DNA of 63,407 bases, filler included, from Folioceros fuciformis (GCA_049999805.1; 9 parts of 9 records of this genome joined end to end with filler, not necessarily neighbours in it); one strand, 5' to 3'. Numbered from the whole stretch's first letter, positions 11,409 through 24,004 are shown. Notes: generated by a model from the sequence alone, not told the origin. Made by a program: numbers and translations.

Positions 11409-13554
11409 CTAAGAGCCTTGTCTGGTATAGTGTGATTCAATAATATCGTCCAGAGTCAGCTTCTGAGGTTGCACACGGAAGAGGGAAAACCTCATTCTCG
11501 GTGTGAGGATGAGATGGCTCTTTGGGCTGGCAACGGGGGAAGACGTACGGAGGAGGCCATGAGTGGTGTTCCTAGGCGATTCCTGTTCCAGTCCCCAGGT
11601 GAAGTATCCCGGTGGCCGTTCCGCGGCTGATCATATCTACTTACTTACCGACGTCTGAACTCCAAGAGTCGAAAACATTGTTGTGACGAGATTTTGTTGG
11701 GTATCGTGCTGGCCTGGAGGTTGATGTGGTGGGATTCCTGCTGAAAAGTCCTTCACTTCCTTAAGCACGTTGGATCCATTTGGTTTCTTGATTACATTCT
11801 GATATCTGGAGGTTCTGGAATCAGGAAGACATCCCCATGTGCAGTACCGGATTATCCAAGGATTGAGTCTGATCACATTATGGGGAATTTGATCGCAAGA
11901 GCTGTTGAGAATGTCTTCAAGCAAGGAAGTTGAGGAATCTTGCTGCAGATTGCGCCATTGCCAACGGATTGGTCCGCATTCGGTCTCCATCCCAGTCACA
12001 AACCTTCGCTCACTACGAATGCCGTCCTCTGACTTCCTCTGGTTCAGGTAAGGTCTATGGCTGATAAAGTCTGTGAGGGGTTTCCTGACCTGTGCATATC
12101 TACCTGATTATTTGAACCTAGCTCCTTTATATGAGTGCATGAGTACACCCCTTGTATTCCTACTCTCATGTGTGATGTCAGAGAATCGAAGAATCAGTCA
12201 CTATGATTGAATGGCAGAATTTCATGTCCATACCTCCTGGTTTAATCTCGGAGCGAGACATGCTGTGACGAAAATGAATGGCTGGCGAGTCCTGAATGCC
12301 GAACCATAGCCTGCAGGTTCTGCTTCTCATGACTGCAGCGATCTGCAGTTATGAGAAGTACTTGCGGAAGAACAGGTGACCCGCACTCCTGCGTGACCAG
12401 AGTAATACAGCAGGAGCTGAACAGGACTGGCTGCTCCGCTGGATTGTGCGTTACGGGAATGCTCTGTTCAACTTGCTTGGCAGTCTGTGGCGGGTATTGC
12501 AGGAGACTTGGATTGCAGCATCCGATTGGGAGAAGCTAGTAGGTCTGACCATCATCTTGCCCAGCTCGTCAGCAGAGAAGAGCAGTATGTCCGGACGAAA
12601 ATGTACTCACTCGGTATGATTGTTACTGGTAAAGCTTTTTGTGACAATGCAAAACCTGAGTGACCTTCTCTTCGTCCTTAAGGAGCTTTTGGTGTGCGGC
12701 AGGTAAGGGTCCAGCAAGGGACTTCTATGAAGAGCCTACAGAAAATCTGCAACTTCACCTTGTGGCCATCCACGTAGATATATGGCTCACTGCCGAGGAT
12801 ACGCCTTGCCGTCTGGTGAGAAACTTAGATGTCAGTAATTTGACGTGACTCATGCTGTGGCGTTTCTGACATCTTTTCTCAGGATCTGCAGATCTATCAA
12901 CGAGTCTTCACAGTCCTCTGTATGGCTGAGACCTCACTACAGTGATTAAAAAAATAAAAAAGCTGGTCGTGAGACCAGGTTGATTCTGCACCACAACAGC
13001 AAAGATGGCTATGTGTGACTATACTTGTTACCCATAGTTTGCAGGTTGCTTGACATATTTGGCAGTTGGTTACATGTGTGTGTGACATCCTACTCATGTT
13101 GAGACTTTACACAGTTCTTGCTGATGTCAACTTCAACATCCAGCTTAGTTCAGCTGGTTCTCTAACGTCCTGGGTTGTGGCTGTACCAAATGTAGCATCA
13201 GCAACTTGTCATAAATATGTAAACCGGCCTTTGTTGTTATCGGGAGAAGCTTTCTCAGCAGCTGGTGGTGTTCGGGTGTAGGTGCCTAACCTGGGGACAT
13301 CTCTAGAATATCGAGGAAAGACTCACCTGCATTGTATGCGCATTCATGCAGGACCCTTCACCTGTTAAAAGAACGCACCCACCACCAGACGAACATCCTG
13401 ATGAGGCAACTAAAGAAGGGAGCGGGCCTTTCAGGGTCAACATGTCTGGGCTGAAGAGCGCCTTCTGCCTTTCGTCTCTATGGTTTGTCAGACCACCTGT
13501 TCTTGAGACGGCAGTTCTGATGAAATGGGTTCTGTAGCAAAAACCCGGCTGCAC
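11409..13554 (-). CDS. Possible multi-exon gene of unknown function (model incomplete)
   Basis: Stop-free 441-nt segment 12089-11649 bounded by CAG| and |GTAAGT; further donor-like sites (GTGAGT near 13327 and 12610, GTATGG at 12233); possible last exon ending at TAG 11411-11409. No recognised domain, and I could not build a fully phase-consistent model. Confidence 0.3.
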
Positions 13555-13887
13555 ATCTTGGCTGGGCAGATCAAGTAGTACCCACTCCCTAACTCATGTA
13601 GGTACCTGTCTTGGAGATTAATTTTCAGTTTAAATATATCACAGTAACAAGAACCTATACTCTGAACATGTACGGTGGATAAACTTAAAACTTTGAGCTT
13701 CAACATTGTAATAAATCAAGATGAAAGCATGGGGACGCAAGATTTGGAAAAGATTCCATCGCAGACTCCAATACTTCAATCCATTTCTTGTGCCTTACAA
13801 TTCTCAATGCAAGTTCAAGATGAAGGAGGAGCATAGAAGCTTATGAATCAAAGAGTGCATTTCTTGTTCCATGTTTGTGGTGTTACC

Positions 13888-15931
13888 ATGAAGACGATCA
13901 AAGTTCAATGTTTGTTCATCATTCTTTCAATGTTTTTGACTTATCAATTACCATCACAAGTGGTGGCAGTAAGTGTGATGATAAGCTTTTGGGGTTGGGG
14001 AAAACAAAAGCCTCCAAACAAACCCCCACCCAAACTTTCAGATGTACCACTATTTGATTCAAGCACTGCCATAATATTGTATGATAAAGATAAAGCAAAA
14101 AGTTTTGCAGCCAAGGTTCGAGACAAATCACAAGAACATACATGTTGGAATGTGGCATATGAAAATCTAGGAGATAAATGTGCACAAGTGCAACTCAACG
14201 ATGTTCAAAGATCTCGTTTTGCTATGGACTTAACAAATTGCTTTTTGATAGTATCTGGACGTGAAGCAAATCCTTGCCCAGAAGACCAGGACATAGTTAT
14301 CTGCACTATGGGTCTTGACGACCACATTCACTCCATTTACTCCTCCTTCTTTGTTGAAGCTTCCGCCATGTGTGAGCATCTTCAGTAAGAAAATCTCCTA
14401 CAAAAATATCCAAACTATATCATGACCGAAAATTGCGTCGATACATTTGTGTGACATGGTACATGATCGACACACTTCACTTCAGGGCAGAGGCTTTCAG
14501 ACATGAAACAGACCGTGTGATAAACGATCTAAAGCACACATCACATTGGATGGAGGAAAGGCTCTCAAAGATGAGCGAAAGAGCCATTGATATTTTGGAA
14601 CATACTGATAAAATGCTAAACAATCAACAAAGAATGCAAAAAGATAACAAGCAGTTGCAACACATCTTTGAAAGCGGGATTAAGAACTTAAACTCAATGA
14701 CAAAAGAAGCTCGCCATCAAATTGAGGTACAATTTGTTTTCGAGTGGCTTATGTCATGCATTTTGGGTGATTCCATTCTCTCCAGAATAGTTAACACAAC
14801 ATTGTGGTTTGATATCCTCTTCAAGTATCCTTCAATTGTCATGACTTGTTACATATTCTACTTAGGATGTTTCTGAACTTCAATTGCGATTAGCAAAGCA
14901 ACAAGCATTGCTTGGAGCAACTTTGAATATTGAGCTATCATCTTTACAAGACAAAACCTCTAGTGTTTCCACTGCTGTGGTAGAAAATTTACAACATCAA
15001 GCATCACTTCTAAGTGGTCAAGGATCGACCATAGCAGAATTAAATAATGTCCAAAGTATTCAATTGAGTGCAATGGAAGAGAGTAAGAAATCCCTAGAAG
15101 GTTTGGCAGAGGAGGCCAAAAAGCATCGTGAGGAATTTCTAGCTTGGCAAAGTGAGCTTGATAAAATGCATCAAAGACTAGCAGAAGGCTCGCAAGCTAT
15201 GTTGGATGCTCAGGTTCTAAAGTACTTGAAATTCTTCTCTTTTATTCAGCTGTAAAAAGTAGTTTAAAAGTTAAAGTTGGAGAGTGTTATTAACTTATGG
15301 AACATGAGCTTTTCTGACTTCTTAAAGTATTTTTAGATGCAATTTATGAAGAAACAAGGAGATGTATTTCATTCTCTGGATCATCTATTTTCATTGCATA
15401 ATATACTGGTAGCAGACACTAGAATTATGCGAGCTCTTGCCTTTTATTTTGCAGCAGGAACTTTGTGTTGGCTTTTGACATCATTAAAACAAACCATGTA
15501 TTGTAGAGCCTTGTTAAATTGTGGTAAATATTTTTATTTAAAATAATTTAATAAACATAATTATGATATAAATAAAACTTTAAAATAAATTGTGTTCAAT
15601 CTTGTAGTTTTGTGTGCAACATTTATAATTGAAGCTTGGATTACTAAGTTTGGTGGACATATGTATCTAAAAGCTTTAGGAGATATTAATACTCAAGTAT
15701 ATTATGCAAGAAGCGCTTCAACCAGCTTAGCCTTGGGAACTCTGTTTTATTCGTGGATAACGTTTAGGTAATGTATGAAGTCGTAATTAATTTGATGTTT
15801 AGGAAACAGCCGGTAACAGGATTTGCTGTCGATGTATATGCTCACATCAAACTTCTGTGTGCAGAGACTACAATTCCTTGAGCTACAAACTGCTGGAAGA
15901 TCTGTACGGTAAAATGAAAGCGTGGCATTGA
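13888..15931 (+). CDS. GEX1: GAMETE EXPRESSED 1 (GEX1/Kar5-family nuclear membrane fusion protein)
   Basis: Exons 13888-14384, 14486-14726, 14866-15213, 15337-15523, 15608-15767, 15865-15931. Signal peptide, Cys-rich domain (CWNVAY..C..RSRFAMDLTNCF..SGR..C..C..LDD..Y..F..C.HLQ), coiled coils, C-terminal hydrophobic segments, RDY motif. Exact 3' end uncertain. Confidence 0.92.
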
Positions 15932-16085
15932 AAAATAGTTTCCACCACCATGATCTGATGTTGGACGGTACAAAGAATGTAGGTTGTTGGGTGCAGGTCT
16001 GTTGGTTAACGTACGTAGGAGGTGTGCTCAGGCTGAATGTGGATCCGGAGCTCAGGGTATGGTCAGTGGATGGACGGAAAGATTG

Positions 16086-16280
16086 TCATTCCAATCTAGC
16101 AAGAGATGTTGTCAAATAAGGATCGTGCCTGAAGTCGGAAAAGGGAGCAAGGTCCAGGGCCGCGTCGGCAATGCTACCATCCTCACGGATCCGTTGGATC
16201 AGGGCTTCCAACGATGGGAAATTGGCCTCCGGCCGAATGTAGCCGACGACGACAAGGCGGAGCTCTTCCCCGTAGAAATC
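16086..16280 (-). CDS. FHY: C-terminal part of riboflavin kinase (bifunctional FMN hydrolase/riboflavin kinase type); 5' part beyond scaffold end
   Basis: Not in the ORF track. Translates DFYGEELRLVVVGYIRPEANFPSLEALIQRIREDGSIADAALDLAPFSDFRHDPYLTTSLARLE*. Confidence 0.9.
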   Translation of the reverse strand, partial: DFYGEELRLVVVGYIRPEANFPSLEALIQRIREDGSIADAALDLAPFSDFRHDPYLTTSLARLE

Positions 16281-16380
16281 NNNNNNNNNNNNNNNNNNNN
16301 NNNNNNNNNNNNNNNNNNNNNNNNTTAATTAATTAANNNNNNNNNNNNNNNNNNNNNNNNNNNNNNNNNNNNNNNNNNNN
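16281..16380. other. Artificial scaffold linker
   Basis: 44N-TTAATTAATTAA-44N, stops in all six frames. Confidence 0.98.
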
Positions 16381-16698
16381 ACTCACTCAGCCGTCACGTT
16401 GAGTCGCTATCACGACAAGTCTATGACCTGAACACAACACANNNNNNNNNNNNNNNNNNNNNNNNNNNNNNNNNNNNNNNNNNNNNNNNNNNNNNNNNNN
16501 NNNNNNNNNNNNNNNNNNNNNNNNNNNNNNNNNNNNNNNNNCTGCTGTCAGGACCTCAGAGAAATCTCCAATTGTGCAAAATCCAACTGCTGATTTCATA
16601 AAGATGTCTCAGGCCTACCTAGCTTCCTTTCCAACCCAGCTTGAACAAATTCAGGCCTTGGAGGCTGAGGCATCTCAACCTCTGTGATCAGGGGGCAC

Positions 16699-19600
16699 AT
16701 GTCATATAACAGCCGAGGGCGAAGATTACATAACCCAAACCATAGGGGTAGAGGTAGAGGCAGGGGTCGCCAACAAAATGCCAATCCAAATTTTGTTGTT
16801 GATCCTTTGTCCTTTAATCAGCAACCCACGTCCTCGCAGTCAAGCTCAACTACATCAGAATCTGTAAATAGTCACGCAGCCCAATTAGGAAGAGTTGCAC
16901 TTGCTGCACACACAGCTGTTTTAAATATGGGTACACAACAGCCCAACACAGTGACTAACAATACTACCGTACACTATTTAAAGGTAGATTTTAAAGAAAA
17001 AGACAGATTTAATGGAACACAATTTGACATCTGGTCATTACGGATACAAACCATTCTCAAGGAACATGACCTCTGGGGAGTAGTCACAGGGGCTGTACCC
17101 AAACCTGCAGCTGGATCAGCACAGGCTGACATTGATGCTTGGACAAAATTGGATTTGAGAGCTTTGGGAGTGATTCAGTCAGCGCTGGATGGAACCATGA
17201 TGTACCATACAAGAGATGTGGACTCTACCAAGGCTGTTTGGGATTCACTTACTCAAGTATACCAAGTGACTAATGGAACATCAATGGTCAGCGCTACAAG
17301 GGACTTTTACAACCTGAAAATGAAAGAACATGAATCAGTTGAACAACATGTCATCAAATTCAGNNNNNNNNNNNNNNNNNNNNNNNNNNNNNNNNNNNNN
17401 NNNNNNNNNNNNNNNNNNNNNNNNNNNNNNNNNNNNNNNNNNNNNNNNNNNNNNNNNNNNNNNGGACCTTCGTCAGCAACCAAAGTTCGTCGCTAAGGAA
17501 TCTTGCTCAGGCAACTCCAGCAGGCCAAGCACCTGCAGTCACTCTGTCTGACGTGATTGGAGCACTCCTTGAAGAGGAGTCCACACGTAAGGCAAGCAAA
17601 GGTGGCAACTCCCTCCGAGGAGAGACTTCAAACCGGGCGCTCTTCACACACAGAGGCTCAAAGAAGCAACCACCTCGTCAGCCTTGGCCAAATAATAGCA
17701 GCAGTGGCAATTACAAGAAGCGACAAGCAGCACCTTCAGCAAAGAAAAAAGGTCCATGCAACTGGTGCCTAATCCCAGGCCACTGGGAGGCTGAATGCCG
17801 TAAGAAAAAGGCCAATGAACCCCGTCGAACAGCACCACCTGAGTCTAATGTTGTTCACCGCAAATCTAGTACCATCCTAGCAGTCTGTATGGTGTCAACA
17901 ACATCTAACAAGCATGTATGGTTCATAGACTCCGGGGCTTCATCCCACATCTGCCACTGCAAGAGGTCTTTCTCTGAATACAGGAATGTTACACCTGGTC
18001 AGTTCGTACTTCTTGGGGATGATAGTGGTCTACAGATTGTAGGCATAGGATCAGTACCTGTCCTACTTCCAGATAGAACAACACTTGTTCTTACAGATGT
18101 CCTCCATGTGCCAGCCATGGTCAAGAATCTAGTATCTGTCCGTAAGTTAACAGCACATAATACCCTGGATGTCTCTTTTAGAGGTCTGCAATGCACTGTT
18201 ACAGATCCCCAACATAAAAATAAAGTCTTAGCCACAGGTGCACCTTTCCATGACCTGTATCAGCTGCACATTTCCTCCAAGTTTGGTCTCAAACCTGCAC
18301 AAGCACACGCCAATGTCAGCCGTGAAACCAAAAGGAGGGAGGCAGTTATGTTGTGGCACTGCAGACTTGCCCATGTAAACTTTGACAAGCTAAAGGCAAT
18401 GGTGGCCAGCACCAACCTTTATAGAGAGCCATTTGTGCTTCAGTTTGCAAAAAGACAGTTTTGCGAGTCGTGTGTGTTTGGCAAACACCATCGGCTGCCA
18501 TACAAGGATGTGAATCCTACTCGGGCCACCAAGGCACTTGAGCTGGTCCACACTGACCTGTGCGGCCCTATGTCTACAGCTTCCCTAGGAGGAGCACTCT
18601 ATTTTCTTACATTCTTGGATGACTGGAGTAGATATGCTGTGGTATACCTGATCAAGGAGAAAAGCCAGACCTTGGGTTGTTTTCATGAGTATGTACCATA
18701 TGCACAACGGCAGACTGGAGAAACTCTGATTGCCCTGCGCAGCGACAACGGGGGTGAGTTCACTTCAAATGCCTTCAAGGATTATTGCAAGGAGCTGGGG
18801 ATAGTCAGGCAACTCACCGTACCCTATACTTCCTCGCAAAATCCTCTAGCAGAGTTGAGTAATAAGCATCTTCAGGAATCTGCTAAGTCTATGCTAAAGC
18901 TGTCTGGTCTTTCCTGTGATTACTGGGCAGAAGCCATAGCAACTGCAGTCTATGTCAGAAATAGAGTACCCACTAGTGCATTCTCGGGTGCCACTCCCTT
19001 CTAGAGATGGACAAAACATAGGCCCCGAATTAACCACTTGAGAATATTTGGGTCTCCAGCTTATGCACACCTGTCAGAACAGCAAAGGGTTAAGTTAGAT
19101 TACAAAGCCCAAAAGTACATCTTTATTGGCTATACAGAAGGTATAAAGGGCTATAAGCTGTTTGATCCCTCTACTAGAACAACAACACATGCACGCAGTG
19201 TGGTATTTAATGAGCAGCTACTCCTAAATTCTGCTGTACCCCAACCTGACCTTGATGATGACCATGAAGGCGTTACAAGTCAGTCAGACAGTCCTCCTTC
19301 CTTTCCAGTAAATCAGACTTCAGCTATTCACCCTTACGTTCCAGCTAACCAGAACCAGACAAGTTCTACCCTACAGCAGTCTGATAGTAACACAGAAGAG
19401 GAACCCTCAGACTTCCCGGATGATGACTATGTCGGATTTCCAATTGACACACTTGCAGTAGACACTGAAATTAGGGAATCATCTGTGGAAGATAACTCTG
19501 GAATAGAGGGACTGCATGACAATATACCTGAACCTGAAGAGGTAGCAGCTCCAAGACGAAGCTCTCGGAGGCACACATCATCTCCAGCTGTCTGGAAGGA

Positions 19601-20276
19601 ACCACCTTTGACCTACCAGTCATTTCTAGTGCAAGATGGGAATGAACCACTAGACCTGGAAGAACCTCAATCATATCAGGAGGCAATCAATTCAGTAGAC
19701 AAGGAGAAGTGGACTGCTGCAATTCAGTCCGAGTACCAGTCAATTATTGATAATAAAACTTGGGTGTCGGAGGACCTTCCTCCTGGACGCAAAGCGGTCA
19801 CATGCAAATGGGTGTTTAAAAAGAAACTAAACTCAGATGGTTCAATTGCTAGATACAAAGCACGCTTGGTTGCACGAGGCTACAGCCAGGTAGCAGGTCT
19901 GGACTATACTGAAACATTCTCACCTGTTGTACGAGCAACATCTGTGCGGACCCTATTGGCGGTTGCTGCACAACATGACTATGCCATGCATCACATGGAT
20001 GTGAAGACCGCATTCTTGAATGGCACTTTGGAGGAGACTATCTACATGCGCCAACCTGAAGGGTATGTAGATAAAAATCACCCAAACAAAGTTCGTAAGT
20101 TGTTAAAAACCATCTATGGTCTTAAACAATCACCCAGAGCATGGTTTAAAAGAATAGATGCTTACCTTAAGCAGTCAGCCTTCGTCCAGAGTAGTGCTGA
20201 CTCTAATGTTTACAAACTGCAAGACAGTACTGGAATCTGCTTTCTAGCCTTGTATGTCGATGATGCTGTGATCATC
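16699..20276 (+). mobile_element. Ty1/Copia gag-pol, nearly intact, interrupted within RT
   Basis: Gag, zinc knuckle CNWCLIPGHWEAEC, protease WFIDSGASSH, LWHCRLAH, integrase HTDLCGP/SDNGGEF, RT ARYKARLVARG/MDVKTAFLNG/YGLKQS/YVDD in Copia order. One in-frame TAG at 19002-19004. Confidence 0.97.
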
Positions 20277-20854
20277 TGTGGTGGAAAGAATCCGGGGACA
20301 CCCAGGGGCTTCCCTCTAGCGGCCACACCTATCCCGCTGTCGTGTAGTCTAGCAGGTTTCGTTCCCTCGAAGGAAGGCCTGTCCTAGTTGTGTGTGTGCG
20401 ACTCTATTCGTACCTTTCTTCTACCACGACCCTCGCGAACCTAAATACACCTCCTGCTTGCCAAACACGCCTCTGCTGTCGGCGACTCACTCCAGTAGGA
20501 TACCCACGAGTGTGCGTGCGAAGCACGGCACCTCACACCCAGGCGTCTGGGCCGTCACGATCCCCACCAAGCTACCAGGCGCTGCAGACGACGCAGCCGG
20601 CAGGAGCGCACTTGTTGGAACACGAACAAGTGTGCTCAGGCTTGGTAAGAAACAAAGACCAACCACTTTATCTCTTGAGCCCTATGACTCTTATAGAGTT
20701 CCTGGCTACTGTCGGTTGGGGTGGTTGATCGGGTAGGCAGCCATTGATGGTTCCTCACCTGCTACAGCGCTTAAGCGCATTAAACAGTGTCCTTAAACGC
20801 TTAAACCACCCCTCCTACCACGTCTATCCTAACTACCCAACTCTATTGGGGATG
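20277..20854. mobile_element. LTR-like non-coding insertion beginning TGTGGTGG
   Basis: RT homology stops four codons after YVDD at a TG dinucleotide; non-coding sequence follows with a TATAAG on the minus strand near 20690. The other end is not visible. Confidence 0.55.
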
Positions 20855-21183
20855 CTTCGGTGGTTCGAATGGGCAGGTCAGAATGGCAATCTTTGCATCC
20901 TCTAGCCTACCACCAACTTTTCCTTCAACCTTAATCAAGTCAAGGTTGACATCACGTCTCTCCAAATCCGCCACAGCAAGCACAGCTTTCACTGCAATTT
21001 CCGCCAGCATCCGTTTGCACCTACCCACTATCTTGGAAAATAGAGTCGTCATGCACGTCTGAATGAGAGGCTCAGCATTATCTGCACTGAAGTCAGACTT
21101 GTGCGCGATGTGATTCAAGTGCTCAGTGGCGACCTTAGACGCTATCTCATACCCCTCAGCGATCCCAATGGGGCGGATGCCCC
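20855..21183 (-). pseudogene. CCT5: Intronless, internally deleted fragment of chaperonin CCT5 (TCP-1 epsilon)
   Basis: [15 protein letters not shown]...[73 protein letters not shown]; homology ends abruptly at 20855. Confidence 0.88.
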
Positions 21184-21186
21184 GAT

Positions 21187-21286
21187 NNNNNNNNNNNNNN
21201 NNNNNNNNNNNNNNNNNNNNNNNNNNNNNNTTAATTAATTAANNNNNNNNNNNNNNNNNNNNNNNNNNNNNNNNNNNNNNNNNNNN
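21187..21286. other. Artificial scaffold linker
   Basis: 44N-TTAATTAATTAA-44N. Confidence 0.98.
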
Positions 21287-23990
21287 GCTCATAATTTTCA
21301 ACAGTGTCCAGACACATTTATCATGCTTTGCTTGGGAGCTTTCGGATCGCTGCAAGTTTAGATACCTTGGCCCTAGACATGAGTCTAAACCAAGACATCT
21401 GATTATTAGCTTTGAGTTCAAGAGACATTCTCTGAATCCGTTCAGATTTACGGACGCCAGGCGCACACCTTCTGCCCTCAAAGCTTGATGTCCCCTCAGA
21501 CTCTCCCACTAGCATGCCCGGGATCCATGGCCTGTCATTTGCCCATGGCACATCTAAGGTCCACCTCCATTCTGCAATAAGCGGTAAAATTGGTCCCTAT
21601 GCCTGTTTGAGATGGATGTCCGCAAAATATCTTTCACCCGTCTGATAAACACCGCTGAAAAACTCCACTTCCTTGCCTNNNNNNNNNNNNNNNNNNNNNN
21701 NNNNNNNNNNNNNNNNNNNNNNNNNNNNNNNNNNNNNNNNNNNNNNNNNNNNNNNNNNNNNNNNNNNNNNNNNNNNNNGATAGGGAGCAACTCTCCCTCA
21801 TCTCCTAGCTTAGCCAGGTATGAACAAGAGTTCTGGACTGTCCTCGTAACTGAAAGATTGACTGCGAATTGCCTACCCTTCTGCCGGGTGAGTTTCTCCG
21901 ACACCTGGCTACTCTGGCCACCATTCCTAGCAGGATTCTCCATCCCTTCCTAGGGGCCTAGTGGAGAGGAGCAACCTTCATCCCCAGAGAAGACATCTTG
22001 GACTTCATGCCAAACTGGTTCTCCTTCCTCGTCGTCCTCTGCACTAGGGGAGGAGAACAAGTCGTCCTCAGAGGCATATACAACATTTTCACGCTTGATG
22101 GGGCTGCAGCCATCAGGCAGAAAGCTGTCCGGGCTCGTAGAGCCTGTTCCAACCGCCTTGGATCCCAATCGCTCTACCACACAGCAGTTTCCATGTTTGC
22201 TTAAGCTCTCCATCGACTCCCCATTTAAGCTCTGACCATGCAACCGATTCTCACCCTTCGTCCCTTCTACCACTTTGATCTTCTTTCCCTCTGGGAAGGT
22301 TATGTCCAGGGCCATTTGTTGAACCACTCTATTCAACGCTTTCTTGGCCTTGGCAACAGCGATCTAGTCCTGCCTCTTAAGTCCTGATGTCGGATCCTCC
22401 GAGATGTGATTTCTCTTCCCCACAAACACCTCAGCGCTTTTGTGTTTGGCGGGAACCTGAGCAAAAACCAATGCTGTTGGTTCAGTAGTGGAAGCCTGGA
22501 CCAAACTCCTATCCAAAACCAATCCGATAGCAGAACCAGAATCTGGTTCTTGCACCAAGTCTTTGGGAGCAATTGCCAGCTCACGATCAAGTGATGACGA
22601 CGGTGTCGAAGGGCCGAGTGGGTGTTGCCCGTGGAGAATCAAGGTTGTCTTCCTCCCCCCGTCCTTTGCCGACCACCCNNNNNNNNNNNNNNNNNNNNNN
22701 NNNNNNNNNNNNNNNNNNNNNNNNNNNNNNNNNNNNNNNNNNNNNNNNNNNNNNNNNNNNNNNNNNNNNNNNNNNNNNTGTCAGCAGACGGCTGTTTGAC
22801 CCCTCCCCTGTCGGCGTCTGCACACGCTTCTATGATGTCATCTTCCTTGGATGTGGCAGGGGAATATCTGTCCTCAAGTACCTCCCTTCCCTGGGAGGCT
22901 CCAGCCATGAGTCCCCTATCCCCGCAAACGTGTTGACCTACCTCCTCTGGACACCAACCCAGGCCCTCACCCACTGTCCTTAAGAAATCTCCAGCCTCTA
23001 GCTCCTGCCGGGAAAAAGGAGAAGGCATCGCCCCCGCACTAGGAAGCCTGAGCATCTGGGAATACGGCCCCATCAGTGCATCACTGGTATTGCCCTCCTC
23101 CGCCCTACCTCCCTTGCCCGTCCACTGCTCCACCTCGACCCCATCATCCAGGACGCGCTTTGTTTCTCCAGCCACATGGCCATCAGTGCTTAGCACGTTC
23201 TGCATCTCCTGGGTGATCACCACTTGGCGACTCTCTGCCTCCCCCTAACCTCCCACCGTGGTGACACCTATAACCGAAGCTGGAGCACATGCAGTGGGTT
23301 CGCCCAACTCGCCAACCTCGATAGCCAGGCCTGGATCAGGTGCTGTGTTCCTAGCTGGGAGGCTTCCAGTCGCCGCTACCACTCCACTCTGACCAGTCCC
23401 CTCCAGGGGTGCTTTGTCCCTGAAGGACAATTTCGTACTCGACACTCCTATCATCCCCAAGGCTTCACCACCTTCAGTGCGTGAATCCTCCTGCACTGGC
23501 TCCCAGCTCGAGGGCAAAGTTGGCGCACCCTCCTCGCCTTGCATGCACGCACCGTGGGAGGGTCGCTCCGGCTTGGCTCCAGAATCCTTTATACAACCTG
23601 GAGCACCAACCGAGCTCGCCCACACCTCCTGCTCCATGCCAAAAACTAGGGATCTTTTAGTCCCTTCTGCCACCGATCTACCTGCTAGCGACACGTCCAT
23701 CACCTCAAAGCACGCCCTTTGATCGCAAGTAGCGTCCACCGCCTGAGCTCCTGCCATGGTGTCCCTACCGACTACTTCAACAAGCTCATTCTGGAGCTTG
23801 GCGGAGATAGTTCCAGCCGAGGGGGCCGTCTCTCCCTACCAGCAACCTGTCTGGAAGACTGCGTCGGTGGACACCAGCTGATCTGCCGACGCTCTGTGGC
23901 CAGGAAGGACACACCCTGCATCACTCTCAACAAAAGACAGTGATCTTGACCTGGTTTGCCCCTCCAGCGCAAAATCTCCCTGAGTTCTCC
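21287..23990 (-). mobile_element. Degenerate low-complexity coding region, possibly LINE ORF1 C-terminal part
   Basis: Chain of broken minus-strand ORFs (23757-21321) rich in E/G/S/P/A, with an RKSERIQ motif, directly abutting a LINE RT. No diagnostic domain seen. Confidence 0.4.
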
Positions 23991-24004
23991 CGGACGCTCA
24001 AGGG

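Noticed and set aside
15984-16280. Plus-strand ORF as an extra GEX1 exon
   Set aside because: It is antisense to the clearly conserved riboflavin kinase C-terminus; no GEX1 similarity recognised.
1-16280. Functional plastid gene cluster (CCD7, RPL34, ClpF)
   Set aside because: Unrelated pathways interleaved with non-plastid genes; compatible with chance in a compact genome.
21287-21481. LINE endonuclease start (VRLASVNLNGFR)
   Set aside because: The following QE motif is not seen and another frame reads like ORF1 C-terminal sequence; may be coincidence.
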